A stretch of DNA of 64,000 nt from an uncultured delta proteobacterium. Its GTDB lineage: Bacteria; Desulfobacterota; WTBG01. Below, piece by piece: positions 30,167 through 42,557 of the stretch. How positions within the stretch are numbered: position 1 is the first letter of the stretch; each line of letters starts with the position of its first letter. The notes beneath the pieces are model-generated. The model made no database searches. It saw only the letters and a program-made list of their open reading frames with translations, and was not told the origin of the DNA. Made by a program: the position numbers and the translations under genes. The stretch lies in contig CAWCBP010000001.1 in the NCBI GenBank assembly GCA_963793865.1, positions 320,001-384,000 of the forward strand. The letters run 5' to 3'.

Positions 30167-31644
30167 TAGAATTTTTTCCTCTTGGAGGAGGGCAGGATGC
30201 CGAGCATTTCGCGATACTTGGCAACGGTCCTGCGGGCAATGGTGATGTTCTGCCCCTTGAGCAGCTCCACGACTTCCTGATCGCTCAGCGGGTGATGTCC
30301 GTCTTCGCTGCTGAGTATCTCCCGGATTTTGTTTCTCACGCTTTCCGAGGCCACGCTGCCGTCAGTTCCCACCCCGGCATTGAAAAAATATTTCAACTCG
30401 AATATGCCGTGCGGGGTGTGGCAGTACTTGTTGGTGGTCACCCGGCTGATGGTGGACTCGTGCATGTTGATGTCTTCCGCCACATCCTTGAGAATGAGGG
30501 GCTTCAGGTGGTCGACGCCGTGGTCAAAGAAATCCCTCTGGAACTTGATAATGCTTTCCATGACCCGCTTGATGGTTCGCTCCCGCTGGTAGATGCTCTT
30601 GATCAGCCAGATGGCGGAGCGCATTTTGTTCCTGATGTACTCCTTGACCGGAGCGGATGACGTGTCGTTGTACATGGACCGGAGGTAGAAGGAGCTGACC
30701 CGCAGCCGGGGCATGCCCTCGCCGTTCAGGGTGATGCTGTAGCCGTCACCCGTCTTGATGACATGAATGTCGGGGGTTATGTACTGCGGCTCCCGGTCAA
30801 TGAAAGGCCTGCCCGGCTTGGGCTCAAGCTGGGAGATGATTTTGGCGGCCTCAACCACATCCTCGATGCCGACGCCGAGGCTGCCGGCAATGACCTGGTA
30901 GCGCTTTTTTTCCAGCTCGACCAGGTGGTATTTTACCATCTTCTCCAGCAGCTCCCGCCCGCTGGTGAGAAAACCGATCTGCACCAGCAGGCATTCTTCC
31001 AGGTTTCTGCAGGCCACCCCGACGGGATCGAAGGCCTGTATTTTTTTGAGCACCGACTCCGCCAGCTGCAGGGCGCGGAGGAGGCGCAGCCAGTTGGCGT
31101 GGTTCCAGCGGAAGCCGGCCGCTCCTTCCCGCCCGTCAAGCAGGTGCGACTTGGCAATATCCATGAGCGGCACCTGCAGATATCCGTCCTGGTTGATATT
31201 GCCGATGATAAGCTCCCCGATGCTGCGCTGGTCGTCGGGCAGCCCGTTCATGTGCAGCTGCCACATGAGATGATCAACCAGGGAGGTGCTCCTGGTGAGG
31301 GTGGTTTCAAAGCTTTCCCGGTCCTCGCTCTCCCCGAACGACGAGTAGCCATCGGCCAGGCTTTGCAGGTAGTCCTTCGGATCGGGCCCGGACGTGTCCG
31401 GAATTGCCTCGCCCATTACCAGCTTCTCATCCGCCAGCTCCTTTGGCAGATCGCCGTCCTGCAGCTGCGCTTCCGAATCGGATTCGGCAACTTCCTCCAG
31501 CATGGGATTTTCGGTCATCTCCTGCTGGATCATGTCCACCAGCTCCATTTTGCACATCTGCAGGAGCTTGATGGCCAGCTGCAGCTGGGGGGTCATCACC
31601 AGCTGGTGGGTAAGCTTCAGTTCCTGTCTCAGTTCAAATGCCAT
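30163..31644 (-). CDS. rpoN: RNA polymerase sigma-54 factor
   Basis: Region I MTPQLQLAIKLLQ, HESTISR HTH, RpoN box ARRTVAKYRE. Confidence 0.97.
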   Translation of the reverse strand: MAFELRQELKLTHQLVMTPQLQLAIKLLQMCKMELVDMIQQEMTENPMLEEVAESDSEAQLQDGDLPKELADEKLVMGEAIPDTSGPDPKDYLQSLADGYSSFGESEDRESFETTLTRSTSLVDHLMWQLHMNGLPDDQRSIGELIIGNINQDGYLQVPLMDIAKSHLLDGREGAAGFRWNHANWLRLLRALQLAESVLKKIQAFDPVGVACRNLEECLLVQIGFLTSGRELLEKMVKYHLVELEKKRYQVIAGSLGVGIEDVVEAAKIISQLEPKPGRPFIDREPQYITPDIHVIKTGDGYSITLNGEGMPRLRVSSFYLRSMYNDTSSAPVKEYIRNKMRSAIWLIKSIYQRERTIKRVMESIIKFQRDFFDHGVDHLKPLILKDVAEDINMHESTISRVTTNKYCHTPHGIFELKYFFNAGVGTDGSVASESVRNKIREILSSEDGHHPLSDQEVVELLKGQNITIARRTVAKYREMLGILPSSKRKKFY

Positions 31645-31879
31645 AACCGTCTTTTTCCGGGACCTGCCGCCGCGTCAGGCCGGCGATTTCTCCCATCTTT
31701 GTATTGCCCGCTCGAGGTGTGCTGCTGTTTTCATTCGACAGGCGATGGAGGTTTCTTGAGGGGTTTTTACCGCCGGATGAGGGAGCAGCACGCACGGTTT
31801 TAAAACAAAGGATAATAAATCATGAGGAGCATGTCAATGCAAAAGAGTCCCGCGCGGAAGAAGGATGCAGCGGGCGATC

Positions 31880-32818
31880 TCAGGGCATGCCCAGCTGTTC
31901 CCTGAAGTAGGCGATGGTGTGAGAAAGCCCTTCCTCCAGGGGGACCTTCGGTTCCCATTCCAGCAGGCGCCTGGCCTTGGTAATATCGGGCTGCCGGACC
32001 TGGGGGTCGTCCTGGGGGAGCGGTTTGTAGATGATGGTGCTTGCGCTGCCGATCAGGCGGATCACCGTTTTGGCAAATTCCAGGACGGTCATCTCCGCCG
32101 GATTTCCTATATTCACCGGATCAGTTTCATCGGACATGAGCAGCCGGTGGATGCCGGAGATTAAATCGGACACGTAGCAGAAGCTGCGGGTCTGCTGGCC
32201 GGCGCCGAAAACAGTCAGCGGCTCCCCCTTCAGCGCCTGGCAGATGAAGGCGGGCACCACTCGTCCGTCATGCATTCTCATGCGCGGACCGTAGGTATTG
32301 AAGATGCGGACTATTCTGGTTTTCACCCCGTGGAAGCGGTGATAGGCCATGGTCATGGCCTCGGCAAACCGCTTTGCCTCGTCGTAGACGCCGCGGGGGC
32401 CGATGGGGCTTACGTTGCCGCAGTAGTCCTCCGGCTGGGGATGCACCAGCGGGTCCCCGTAGACCTCGGAGGTGGAGGCCAGCAGGAAGCGGGCCTGCTT
32501 TTCCTTGGCCAGTCCCAGGGCCTTGTGCGTGCCGAGCGATCCCACCTTGAGCGTTTGAATGGGCATCTCCAGATAGTCAATCGGGCTCGCGGGCGAGGCA
32601 AAGTGGACGACGTTATCCAGCGGCCCCTTGACGAACATGTAGTCCGTCACGTTGTGCTTGATGAAGTGGAACCGGGGGTTGCCCATGAGATGGGCGATAT
32701 TATTGACGCTCCCCGTGCAGAGGTTGTCGATGCAGATCACCTCGTGCCCTTCTTGCACCAGCCTGTCGCACAGGTGGCTGCCCAGAAAACCCGAACCTCC
32801 GGTAACCAGCGTTCTCAC
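31880..32818 (-). CDS. UDP-glucuronate decarboxylase (UDP-xylose synthase)
   Basis: [38 protein letters not shown]. Confidence 0.92.
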   Translation of the reverse strand: MRTLVTGGSGFLGSHLCDRLVQEGHEVICIDNLCTGSVNNIAHLMGNPRFHFIKHNVTDYMFVKGPLDNVVHFASPASPIDYLEMPIQTLKVGSLGTHKALGLAKEKQARFLLASTSEVYGDPLVHPQPEDYCGNVSPIGPRGVYDEAKRFAEAMTMAYHRFHGVKTRIVRIFNTYGPRMRMHDGRVVPAFICQALKGEPLTVFGAGQQTRSFCYVSDLISGIHRLLMSDETDPVNIGNPAEMTVLEFAKTVIRLIGSASTIIYKPLPQDDPQVRQPDITKARRLLEWEPKVPLEEGLSHTIAYFREQLGMP

Positions 32819-32845
32819 GCTATCCTCCTTTACGTTAAACGGTTG

Positions 32846-34144
32846 TCAGCACCCGATGCCGTGATACTCAAACCCCATCTCCTTGAGCTTGCGGGGCGAA
32901 TAGATGTTTCTGCCGTCGAAAATGACCGGGGTCCGCATCAGCAGCAGCATTCTTTCAAAATTGGGCCTGCGGAATTCGTTCCATTCGGTCAGCAGCATGA
33001 GCGCGTCGGCGTCCTTGAGAATGGAGTAATTGTCCTTGCCGTACTGGATTGCCGTGCCGAAGGTGTTTCTGGCGCTGGGCATGGCGACGGGATCATAAGC
33101 CCGCACCGTCGCCCCTTTTTTCAGCAGCGCGCTGACAATGGCAATGGACGGCGCTTCCCGCATGTCATCGGTATTGGGCTTGAAGGAGAGCCCCCAGAGG
33201 ACGATGATTTTGCCCTTCAGGTTTCCCTTGAAGCGCTTGAGGGCCTTCTGCGCCAGCACCTCCTTCTGCTTCCGGTTGACCGCTTCCACCGCGGGAAGAA
33301 TCTGCAGCGGCCGGCGGTGCTTTTCCGCCGTCTTGATCATTGCCTGCACGTCCTTGGGGAAGCATGAACCGCCGTACCCGATGCCGGGGAAGAGAAACGA
33401 GGGGCCGATGCGCGGATCGCTGCCGATGCCCGCGCGGACCGCGTTGACGTCGGCGCCGGCCGCTTCGCACAGGTTGGCCATTTCATTCATGAAGGAGATC
33501 CGTGTGGCCAGCATGGCATTGGCGGCGTACTTGGTCATTTCCGCGCTGCGAATGTTCATGATGAGAACGGGATTACCCGTCCTGACAAAGGGGGCATAGA
33601 GCTCGTTGAGCACCTCTTCAACGTGCGCATCCTCCACCCCCAGGATGATCCGGTCGGGCTTCATGAAATCGTCGATGGCCGCGCCTTCCTTTAAGAATTC
33701 GGGGTTGGAAGCGACCGCGAAGGGGTGCCTGGTTTCCCCGGCAATGATCGACCGCACCTCTTCTGCTGTTCCCACCGGCACCGTGCTCTTGGTTACCACG
33801 ATCTTGTAGCCGTTCATGGCCCTGGCTATTTTTCGGGCCACTTCATAGACCTGCGAGAGGTCGGATGACCCGTCATTCCGGGGTGGCGTCCCGACGGCGA
33901 TAAAGATGATCAGGGAATCCTTCACGCTGCGGGCAAGATCGGTTGAGAAAATAAGCCGCTTTTCCTTGATGTTTCTCGCGAGCAGCAGCTCAAGCCCCGG
34001 TTCGTAGATGGGGGTTTTGCCCTTTTTAAGCAGGGCGATCTTCCGCGCGTCGATGTCAACGCAGCGCACCTCATTTCCGCTCTCCGCCAGACAGGTGCCG
34101 GTTACCAGGCCGACATATCCCGCGCCGATCATGCAGATATTCAT
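32846..34144 (-). CDS. ugd: UDP-glucose 6-dehydrogenase
   Basis: GAGYVG, KSTVPVGT, NPEFLKEG, GYGGSCFPKD, FKPNTDDMRE. Confidence 0.95.
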   Translation of the reverse strand: MNICMIGAGYVGLVTGTCLAESGNEVRCVDIDARKIALLKKGKTPIYEPGLELLLARNIKEKRLIFSTDLARSVKDSLIIFIAVGTPPRNDGSSDLSQVYEVARKIARAMNGYKIVVTKSTVPVGTAEEVRSIIAGETRHPFAVASNPEFLKEGAAIDDFMKPDRIILGVEDAHVEEVLNELYAPFVRTGNPVLIMNIRSAEMTKYAANAMLATRISFMNEMANLCEAAGADVNAVRAGIGSDPRIGPSFLFPGIGYGGSCFPKDVQAMIKTAEKHRRPLQILPAVEAVNRKQKEVLAQKALKRFKGNLKGKIIVLWGLSFKPNTDDMREAPSIAIVSALLKKGATVRAYDPVAMPSARNTFGTAIQYGKDNYSILKDADALMLLTEWNEFRRPNFERMLLLMRTPVIFDGRNIYSPRKLKEMGFEYHGIGC

Positions 34145-34162
34145 TCGTGCACCTCCCTCACG

Positions 34163-34993
34163 CTATGACAGGTATTGGGTTAACGCTTCCTCCCAGGATC
34201 TCATCTCTCGACCGGTAACCTCCGTGTATTTCCCGGTGGAGAGAACAGAAAACGCAGGCCGTGCCGCGGGCCGGTTAAGCCGGGAGCTGGTGATGGGGAC
34301 GACGGAACTGCTGCCGCCGGTCAGCTGCACGATCCTGCGGGCAAACTGATACCAGGTGCAGGATCCGCTGTTGACCACGTGAAAGGTTCCCCGGGCGGAT
34401 GTCCTCATCAGCGCTCCGATGGCCCTGCTCAGATCAACCGAGTAGGTGGGTGACACCCACTGGTCGTCGACCACGGTGAGCTCGTCACGCTCCTGCGCCA
34501 GCCGCCTGATGGTGTTGACAAAGTTGGCGCCGCCTTTTCCATAGAGGCCGGCGGTGCGCACGATGGTGACGTCATCCAGAATCGCCCGCGCCGCCAATTC
34601 GCCCTGCAGCTTTGACTGACCGTACACGGAAATGGGGTTGACGGGATCGTCTTCCCTGTAGGGAGTCCGGGAAGTTCCGTCAAAGACATAATCCGTGCTG
34701 ACGTGGATGAGCCGGGCCTTCACCGCCTTGCAGGCCCGGGCCAGGTTGGCGGCGCCTTCCCCGTTCACCGCACAGGCCGTCTTTTGATCCTCTTCGCAGC
34801 GGTCCACCTGGGTGTAGGCGGCGGCATTGATCACCCATTCCGGCCGCATCCCGGTGATGGCCTTGAGCGTTTTCTCCCGGTCGGTTATGTCAAAATCCTC
34901 GATATCGGTTCCTTTCACCTGATGGGCGTCGCCCAGAATGGTCACCAGATCAGATCCGAGCATGCCATGAGCGCCGACAATGAGGATTGACAT
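34163..34993 (-). CDS. rfbD: dTDP-4-dehydrorhamnose reductase
   Basis: GAHGMLG, NAAAYT, STDYVFDG, YGQSK, RPAFS. Confidence 0.95.
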   Translation of the reverse strand: MSILIVGAHGMLGSDLVTILGDAHQVKGTDIEDFDITDREKTLKAITGMRPEWVINAAAYTQVDRCEEDQKTACAVNGEGAANLARACKAVKARLIHVSTDYVFDGTSRTPYREDDPVNPISVYGQSKLQGELAARAILDDVTIVRTAGLYGKGGANFVNTIRRLAQERDELTVVDDQWVSPTYSVDLSRAIGALMRTSARGTFHVVNSGSCTWYQFARRIVQLTGGSSSVVPITSSRLNRPAARPAFSVLSTGKYTEVTGREMRSWEEALTQYLS

Positions 34994-35133
34994 ACACTCT
35001 CCCGGGAGCGGTAACACGGGCCTGTTAAATTTTGTTGCGGCGTTACAAGCCCCCTCCCCATGAGCCACATATAAGATAAAGGAATCAATGACGCACTACA
35101 CTAGTAACACTTGCATGTTTAGTCAAGCTCAAT

Positions 35134-35721
35134 TCACTTGTGGCTGAGGGCCTCTACGACGTAATGCAGCACCTCCAGCCTGCCCTGGTGGGTTGTCGCG
35201 GAAAAGAGGATCGCCTCTTCTTTTTTTAGCAGCAGGCTGTCCCGGATAATCCTGTATTGTGCCTGCTGGCTGTTTTTGGAAAGCTTGTCAGCCTTGGTCA
35301 GCACCGCCAGAAAGGGTATGCCCGCCTTCTCCAGCCAGCGCATGAGGGTGGCATCGTCGGAACCGGGGACGCGCCGGGTATCCAGAATTATCACCACCAG
35401 CCTGAGTGACTTCCGGGAGCCGAGGTAGCCTTCGACCATGCCCTTCCATCCGGCCCGCACTTTCAGGGGGACCTCGGCAAAGCCATAGCCGGGAAGATCA
35501 ACGAAGTGGTATTGCCGGTTCACCAGGAAAAAATTGATGGTTTGCGTGCGACCGGGACGGGAGCTGGTTTTTACCAGGTGCTTTTTGTTCAACAGGGTAT
35601 TGATGAGGGATGATTTGCCGACGTTTGATCGGCCGGCAAACGCGACCTCCGGCAGGACATCGGGCGGATACTGCATTTGATTGACGGCACTGGTGACAAA
35701 TTCAGCGGAGGTTATTTTCAT
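35134..35721 (-). CDS. engB: Ribosome biogenesis GTPase EngB/YihA/YsxC
   Basis: GRSNVGKSS, PGRT, DLPGYG, TKADK. Confidence 0.96.
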   Translation of the reverse strand: MKITSAEFVTSAVNQMQYPPDVLPEVAFAGRSNVGKSSLINTLLNKKHLVKTSSRPGRTQTINFFLVNRQYHFVDLPGYGFAEVPLKVRAGWKGMVEGYLGSRKSLRLVVIILDTRRVPGSDDATLMRWLEKAGIPFLAVLTKADKLSKNSQQAQYRIIRDSLLLKKEEAILFSATTHQGRLEVLHYVVEALSHK

Positions 35722-35797
35722 GGAATGGCAGATCTTCGGTGTTCGGTGCCTGGGTAATGTTCCCGGTTCTTCTTTGATGCTTCAATGATCTACACTA

Positions 35798-35900
35798 TTG
35801 AACGTCCAACATCGAACGTTCAACGTTCAACATCCAATGAAAAGATTCTTGTTTCGTTCAAGGTTGGATGTTGGAAGTTGAATGTTCAACGTTCATCTTT
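35798..35900. repeat. ~100-bp hairpin element built from AACGTTC/AACATCG 7-mers
   Basis: Inverted near-copy at 36896-36983; half-units at 48018-48056 and 50370-50406. Confidence 0.8.
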
Positions 35901-35969
35901 TTCAACAATGAACTGCTTGCGGGCTTAACAATTGCCCGGCACTGTCCAATGCTTTTCGGATGCCCCCGG

Positions 35970-36836
35970 CTAAAGCTTGAGCTCTCTTCGCACCAGTTCC
36001 CTGTAGGCATCCATGAGATTTCCGGTGACCCGGCCGGGAGTACCGGTTCCAATGGCGCGATCGTCCACTTTTACCAGCGGCATGATTTCGATAAGGGAAT
36101 TGGTGACAAAGGCTTCATCGGCGGAAAGGAGCAGCTCCGGGGTATATGTCCCTTCTGCCGGCTGCAATTGCAGGATCGGGGCGAGCTCAAGAACCGCCTC
36201 CCGGGTGACGCCGGGGAGCAGACCCGTATCCCGCGACGGGGTTTCCAGCCGGCTGCCGCGCACCATGAAAATGTTGGACACGGTGCATTCGGTGATGCAT
36301 CCGTCGGTGTTAAGCACGATGCCTTCGTTGCAGCCCGCTTCCCTGGCCTCGCTTTTGGCAATCAGCGTGTTGATGAAGCTGCAGGTCTTCATGGAGACGG
36401 ATGGCAGCCGCGGGCCCTGCCTCATGCGCACAATCAGGGCGCTGTAGCCCGTGCGGTACAGCTCAGGGGAGGGGGGCCGGTAGTCTCTGGTGGTAATGAT
36501 GACGGTGGGAGATCCGCATGTGGCCGGATCCGGTACCGGGTCGCCTGTGCCGCGGGTAACAGTCAGCCGGATGGAGGCATCAGGGGTGCGGTTGGCCTCG
36601 AGGGTTTCATAGATGGCTGTTTCCAGGGAAGCGGGGGTGAAAGAAACGGGATATTCGAGGCATTCGAGTGACACGAAAAGCCGCCAGAGATGCTGCGCCA
36701 GCCTGAAAATCTTTCCCCGGTACGCGCGCATGGTTTCAAACAAACCGTTGCCGTACAGCAACCCGTGATCAAAGACGGAGACGCGCGCTTGATCGCGGGG
36801 CATCAATGTGCCGTTGATGTGGACGTATTGTTCCAC
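35970..36836 (-). CDS. Class IV aminotransferase (aminodeoxychorismate lyase PabC or IlvE-like)
   Basis: DHGLLYGNGLFET, LLPGVTR, EAFVTNS; directly downstream of pabB. Confidence 0.88.
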   Translation of the reverse strand: MEQYVHINGTLMPRDQARVSVFDHGLLYGNGLFETMRAYRGKIFRLAQHLWRLFVSLECLEYPVSFTPASLETAIYETLEANRTPDASIRLTVTRGTGDPVPDPATCGSPTVIITTRDYRPPSPELYRTGYSALIVRMRQGPRLPSVSMKTCSFINTLIAKSEAREAGCNEGIVLNTDGCITECTVSNIFMVRGSRLETPSRDTGLLPGVTREAVLELAPILQLQPAEGTYTPELLLSADEAFVTNSLIEIMPLVKVDDRAIGTGTPGRVTGNLMDAYRELVRRELKL

Positions 36837-36895
36837 CGCCGGTTATCCAATATAAAGGTTGTTTTCAGTGGTGCAGGCGAAGCATGCTTATTTAC

Positions 36896-36983
36896 AAAGA
36901 TGAACATCGAACATTCAACTTCGAACCAAGGGAAAGAATCTTTTCATTCAACGTTGAACGTTGGACGTTCGATGTTGGACGTT
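36896..36983. repeat. Inverted copy of the 35798-35900 element
   Basis: Reverse complement shares the 7-mer arms, the AATGAAAAGATTCTT core and the GTTCATCTTT end. Confidence 0.8.
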
Positions 36984-37125
36984 TGCATTCTGATTCCTGC
37001 ATTCCGACTCCTGGCTCCTATTGAACATATCCACTTCCAACCGCCAAAAGTGCCCGTATAGTATAGAGCGTGCACTCATAAATCAATACAAAAAAGACCA
37101 AGCCGCGGGCATCTTGCGGGATTGA

Positions 37126-38577
37126 CTAACCGCCGGCGGCGGCGGACGGCAATCCGTTTGCGCACCCCAGCGCGGCAAGCAGCGCCTTTCCCTTGTGCAG
37201 TGTCTCTTCATATTCCAGCGCGGGATCCGAATCCGCCACGATGCCCCCGCCCACCTGGAATTGCACGGTGCCGTTGCGATAGAGCATGGTGCGGATGAGG
37301 ATGTTAAGGTCCGTCTGCCGGTTGAAGCCCAGGTATCCCATGGAGCCGGTGTAAATGCCGCGCCGGTCCGGCTCAAGCTCGTCAATGATCTCCATGGCCC
37401 TGATTTTTGGCGCCCCGGTTATGGATCCCCCGGGGAATGCGGCCCTGATGCAATCAAGATGGTCCTGGTCCGCCTTGAGCCTGCCGGTAATGGTGGATAC
37501 CAGGTGGAGGACGGTGGCGTAGCTTTCCAGGGTGATCAGCTCCGGGACGCTGATTGACCCGTATTCGCAGACGCGCCCCAGGTCGTTTCGCTCCAGATCA
37601 ACGATCATCACCAGCTCCGCCCGGTCTTTCGCGCTTGCAAGGAGTTCCGCCTTGAGCCGTTCATCCGCCGCCCTGTCCCTTCCCCTCGGCCGGGTCCCCT
37701 TAATCGGCCTGGTCTCAACCCGTCTGTCCGATATGCGCAGGAAGCGCTCCGGCGAAGAGCTGATAATGGCCGCGTCGCCGCAGTCTAAAAATGAAGCGAA
37801 CGGTGCCGGGTTTAAACGGCGCACCGTTTTGTAGAGCTGGAAGGGGGAGGCGTCCACCCGCGCTGAAAATTTCTGGGAGAGGTTTACCTGGTAGATGTCC
37901 CCGGCCGCGATGTATTCCTTTGCCTTCAGGATGCCCCTGAGATAATCCTCGCGCTTGAAGTTGCAGGTTAGCTCAGGAGAGGTCTGCTGTAATATATCCG
38001 GTTCGGGTGAAAGCGGCGCGGCACCGGCATTGAGCTTGCGGCACAGCTCATCGTAGCGCATTGTAGCGCGAAGCCGCCTGTAATGTTCCCTTTCTTCAGG
38101 AAGGCCGGTTGAAGAAATAAAAACCCGATCCTGAAGATGGTCAAAGATGATGATCGTGTCATAGAAGGCGAGGAAGCAGAGGGGGGTATCGTCTTCACCG
38201 GCCGGGGGCGGGGGCAGTTTCTCGATGAAGTGCTTCAGATCATAGGCGAAGTATCCGACCGCGCCTCCCACAAAAGGGGGGTAATCGGCGGGTGTGATTA
38301 GGCGGAATGCGGAGAAGAGGACCTTGAGGACGTCGAAGGGGTTGCCGGGAACTGCCTCCGTGCCATCTTCTCCGGTGATCTCGTTTCGCCCCCCGAGGTG
38401 GCGGAAAACAAGAAAGGGATCGCTGCCCAGGAAGGAATACCTCCCTAACCGCCGGCAATAGCCGCCGCTGTCGAGGAAGAAGGGGTGTCGGTCGTGGCGG
38501 AGCAGCTCGCACACCTCTATGGGCTTGAGTGTGGTGGTAATCGGCTGCAGCAGTGGAATGGCTTTATAGCGGGTCAT
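37126..38577 (-). CDS. pabB: Aminodeoxychorismate synthase component I
   Basis: GDIYQVNL, SSPERFL, PIKGT (PabB-type), MIVDLERNDLG, FPGGSITGAPK. Confidence 0.9.
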   Translation of the reverse strand: MTRYKAIPLLQPITTTLKPIEVCELLRHDRHPFFLDSGGYCRRLGRYSFLGSDPFLVFRHLGGRNEITGEDGTEAVPGNPFDVLKVLFSAFRLITPADYPPFVGGAVGYFAYDLKHFIEKLPPPPAGEDDTPLCFLAFYDTIIIFDHLQDRVFISSTGLPEEREHYRRLRATMRYDELCRKLNAGAAPLSPEPDILQQTSPELTCNFKREDYLRGILKAKEYIAAGDIYQVNLSQKFSARVDASPFQLYKTVRRLNPAPFASFLDCGDAAIISSSPERFLRISDRRVETRPIKGTRPRGRDRAADERLKAELLASAKDRAELVMIVDLERNDLGRVCEYGSISVPELITLESYATVLHLVSTITGRLKADQDHLDCIRAAFPGGSITGAPKIRAMEIIDELEPDRRGIYTGSMGYLGFNRQTDLNILIRTMLYRNGTVQFQVGGGIVADSDPALEYEETLHKGKALLAALGCANGLPSAAAGG

Positions 38578-38773
38578 GGTTCCGCCCCAGGATGCACGAT
38601 GCACGATGAAGATTTCCTGCCACTGACAACTGGTCAATGGACATCGGCAGCTAATAATAAAAATGCTGAGTTGTAGCCTGAGTCGTAGCTGCAAGTTTTA
38701 GCTTGCGTGTTTGGATTTATGCATTTCCGCAGGCTGAAACCTGCGACTACTGACATTTTGATGTTCTAGACTG

Positions 38774-38836
38774 GTAGGGGCAGGCCCCTGTGCCTGCCGC
38801 GGATATCATAGGGCAACCACAGAGGGTTGCCCCTAC
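38774..38836. repeat. REP family B doublet
   Basis: GTAGGGGCAGGCCCCTGTGCCTGCC ... GGGCAACCACAGAGGGTTGCCCCTAC. Confidence 0.85.
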
Positions 38837-38928
38837 AACTTCCTGGCTTTCGTGCTTCTGGTTTTGGAACTCTTCTTTACCCCTGCATCATGCATCCAGC
38901 TTTTACACTGCACCCTGACCCCTGCAAC

Positions 38929-39747
38929 TTATTCCCTCAGCGCAAGTGACACATCCCCGCAGACGAAACGGCACTTACTGCCGTTCAGATCGCGCATAAT
39001 GAGCGTACCGTCATCGTCGACCGACTCGGCAATCCCCTCATATACTTTCTCTCCCGTCGCGATGGTAATCTGCCTGCCTGCAATGAGGGAAAGCGCATCC
39101 CACATGGTTTTTAACGCCCGAAACTCCCCGCCATTGAGCCTCCCGTAAAATTGTTCGAGAAACTCCAGAATTGCGGCGAGCAATGGCAGCCGGGCCAGGG
39201 CGCGCCCCGCTTCCCGTTTCAGCGAAGTTGCTGTTTCCCGAAGCTCGGGATGCAGTGAGGGATCACTGTTGACATTAATGCCGATGCCGGCCACCGCGTA
39301 GGCTAATTGATCGCCGCAAATGCCCAGCTCGGTCAGGATGCCGGATGCTTTTTTATCATTGATGTAAATGTCGTTGGGCCATTTGATGCGCGCGTCCAAA
39401 CCCGTTTCCCGTCTGATGGCGTGAGCGACGGCCAGGGAAGCCGCCGCGGTTACCTGAAATGCCCGGTCGGGGCTTAAAGAAGGTCTCAGGATGAGTGAAA
39501 AGAGCAGGTCTTCACCCGGCGGCGAGATCCACGCCCGTTCCAGGCGTCCCCGTCCCCGCGTCTGGTGGTCGGTTATTACCACTGTGCCGTCCCGCGCTCC
39601 CGCGCGGGCCAGCTCATGCGCGATGGTGTTGGTGGAGGTTGTTGACGGCAGGTGGATTGCCGGATGACCAAGGACGGCCGTCCGCAACTCCCTTTGGATG
39701 AGCTCTGCGGTGATGAGGTCCGACGATGCCTGTTGCACTGTGGTCAT
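38929..39747 (-). CDS. birA: Biotin-protein ligase (no N-terminal HTH)
   Basis: STN, QTRGRGR, KWPND, GIGINVN. Confidence 0.95.
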   Translation of the reverse strand: MTTVQQASSDLITAELIQRELRTAVLGHPAIHLPSTTSTNTIAHELARAGARDGTVVITDHQTRGRGRLERAWISPPGEDLLFSLILRPSLSPDRAFQVTAAASLAVAHAIRRETGLDARIKWPNDIYINDKKASGILTELGICGDQLAYAVAGIGINVNSDPSLHPELRETATSLKREAGRALARLPLLAAILEFLEQFYGRLNGGEFRALKTMWDALSLIAGRQITIATGEKVYEGIAESVDDDGTLIMRDLNGSKCRFVCGDVSLALRE

Positions 39748-40436
39748 GGGGATGGAGTGCCTCTCTCACCGCTGCACGCCTTGACGCAGACGCCGCAGAT
39801 ATGCTGCGCGATGTGGTCTCTTTTTCTGAACAGACACAATTGCTGGTAGCAGGCAAGATGGTCGAAATCCTCCCGGCGCTCCTTGATTGCGCCGGCGGGA
39901 CAGAGGGTGAGGCACCTCCTGCAGGATCCGCATCCCCCGTTGACGGGATGATCATGCTGCAGGGGCAGCGTGGTAAGAATGGTCACCAGGCGTATGCGCG
40001 CGCCATGGACGGGGTTCACCAGCAGGTTGTTTCTGCCGATCCAGCCGAGGCCTGCTTCGACGGCCGCCCGCTTGTGCGACAGATGTCCCCGCTGGCGCTC
40101 CCAGTCGACAATCTGTGAGGCAGGCACGGGAAGCGCGCTGTACCCGCGCCCCTCAATCTGACGCGCTAATCCGAAGGCGAGGCGATCGAGAAAGAAGTTT
40201 GCCTGGCGGTAGTGATGCAGGTAGAGCTCGGTCGGCCTGTCGTCAATCTCTTCCAGCACGGCAGCCGACAGGCGCACCGCGAGCGCGATGGCCGAGCCAA
40301 AGGTGGACACCAGGGAGGGGGAAAGGCGATGGGTCTCATGTCTGAAAGGCGTGATGTCCGCCGCGCCGAAGAGGGAAGCCCCCTGTGAGAACGCCCATTC
40401 CTTGAGGGTGAGATAATTCTTTTCTTTATCGCTCAT
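39744..40436 (-). CDS. Short QueG-like 4Fe-4S protein
   Basis: SHKRAAVEAGLGWIGRNNLL, CGSCRRCLTLCP, CGVCVKAC. Confidence 0.75.
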   Translation of the reverse strand: MSDKEKNYLTLKEWAFSQGASLFGAADITPFRHETHRLSPSLVSTFGSAIALAVRLSAAVLEEIDDRPTELYLHHYRQANFFLDRLAFGLARQIEGRGYSALPVPASQIVDWERQRGHLSHKRAAVEAGLGWIGRNNLLVNPVHGARIRLVTILTTLPLQHDHPVNGGCGSCRRCLTLCPAGAIKERREDFDHLACYQQLCLFRKRDHIAQHICGVCVKACSGERGTPSP

Positions 40437-40439
40437 GGC

Positions 40440-42314
<1,875 letters not shown>

Positions 42315-42557
42315 TGCTGTCGGTTATTCTATTAATAAATCGGGTTGCTTGTGCATGCAGTATATCACGCAGCTGAAGGGGGAAGATATCACAAATGAAG
42401 AAAATTATCAGTACTTAATTGCGGCCGGCGGCTATGGTGGGGGAGGTTAAAACACGTTAATTTTGAATTGATTTGACAAATACAGATGATGAGTCTACAT
42501 TGAAACACATGACACGTGTGTAAACAAGATTTCCTGTCAGAGATGGAAGTGACGGAT

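Noticed and set aside
35798..36983. Short tandem repeats and REP clusters as a CRISPR array
   Set aside because: No constant repeat with unique regular spacers and no cas genes
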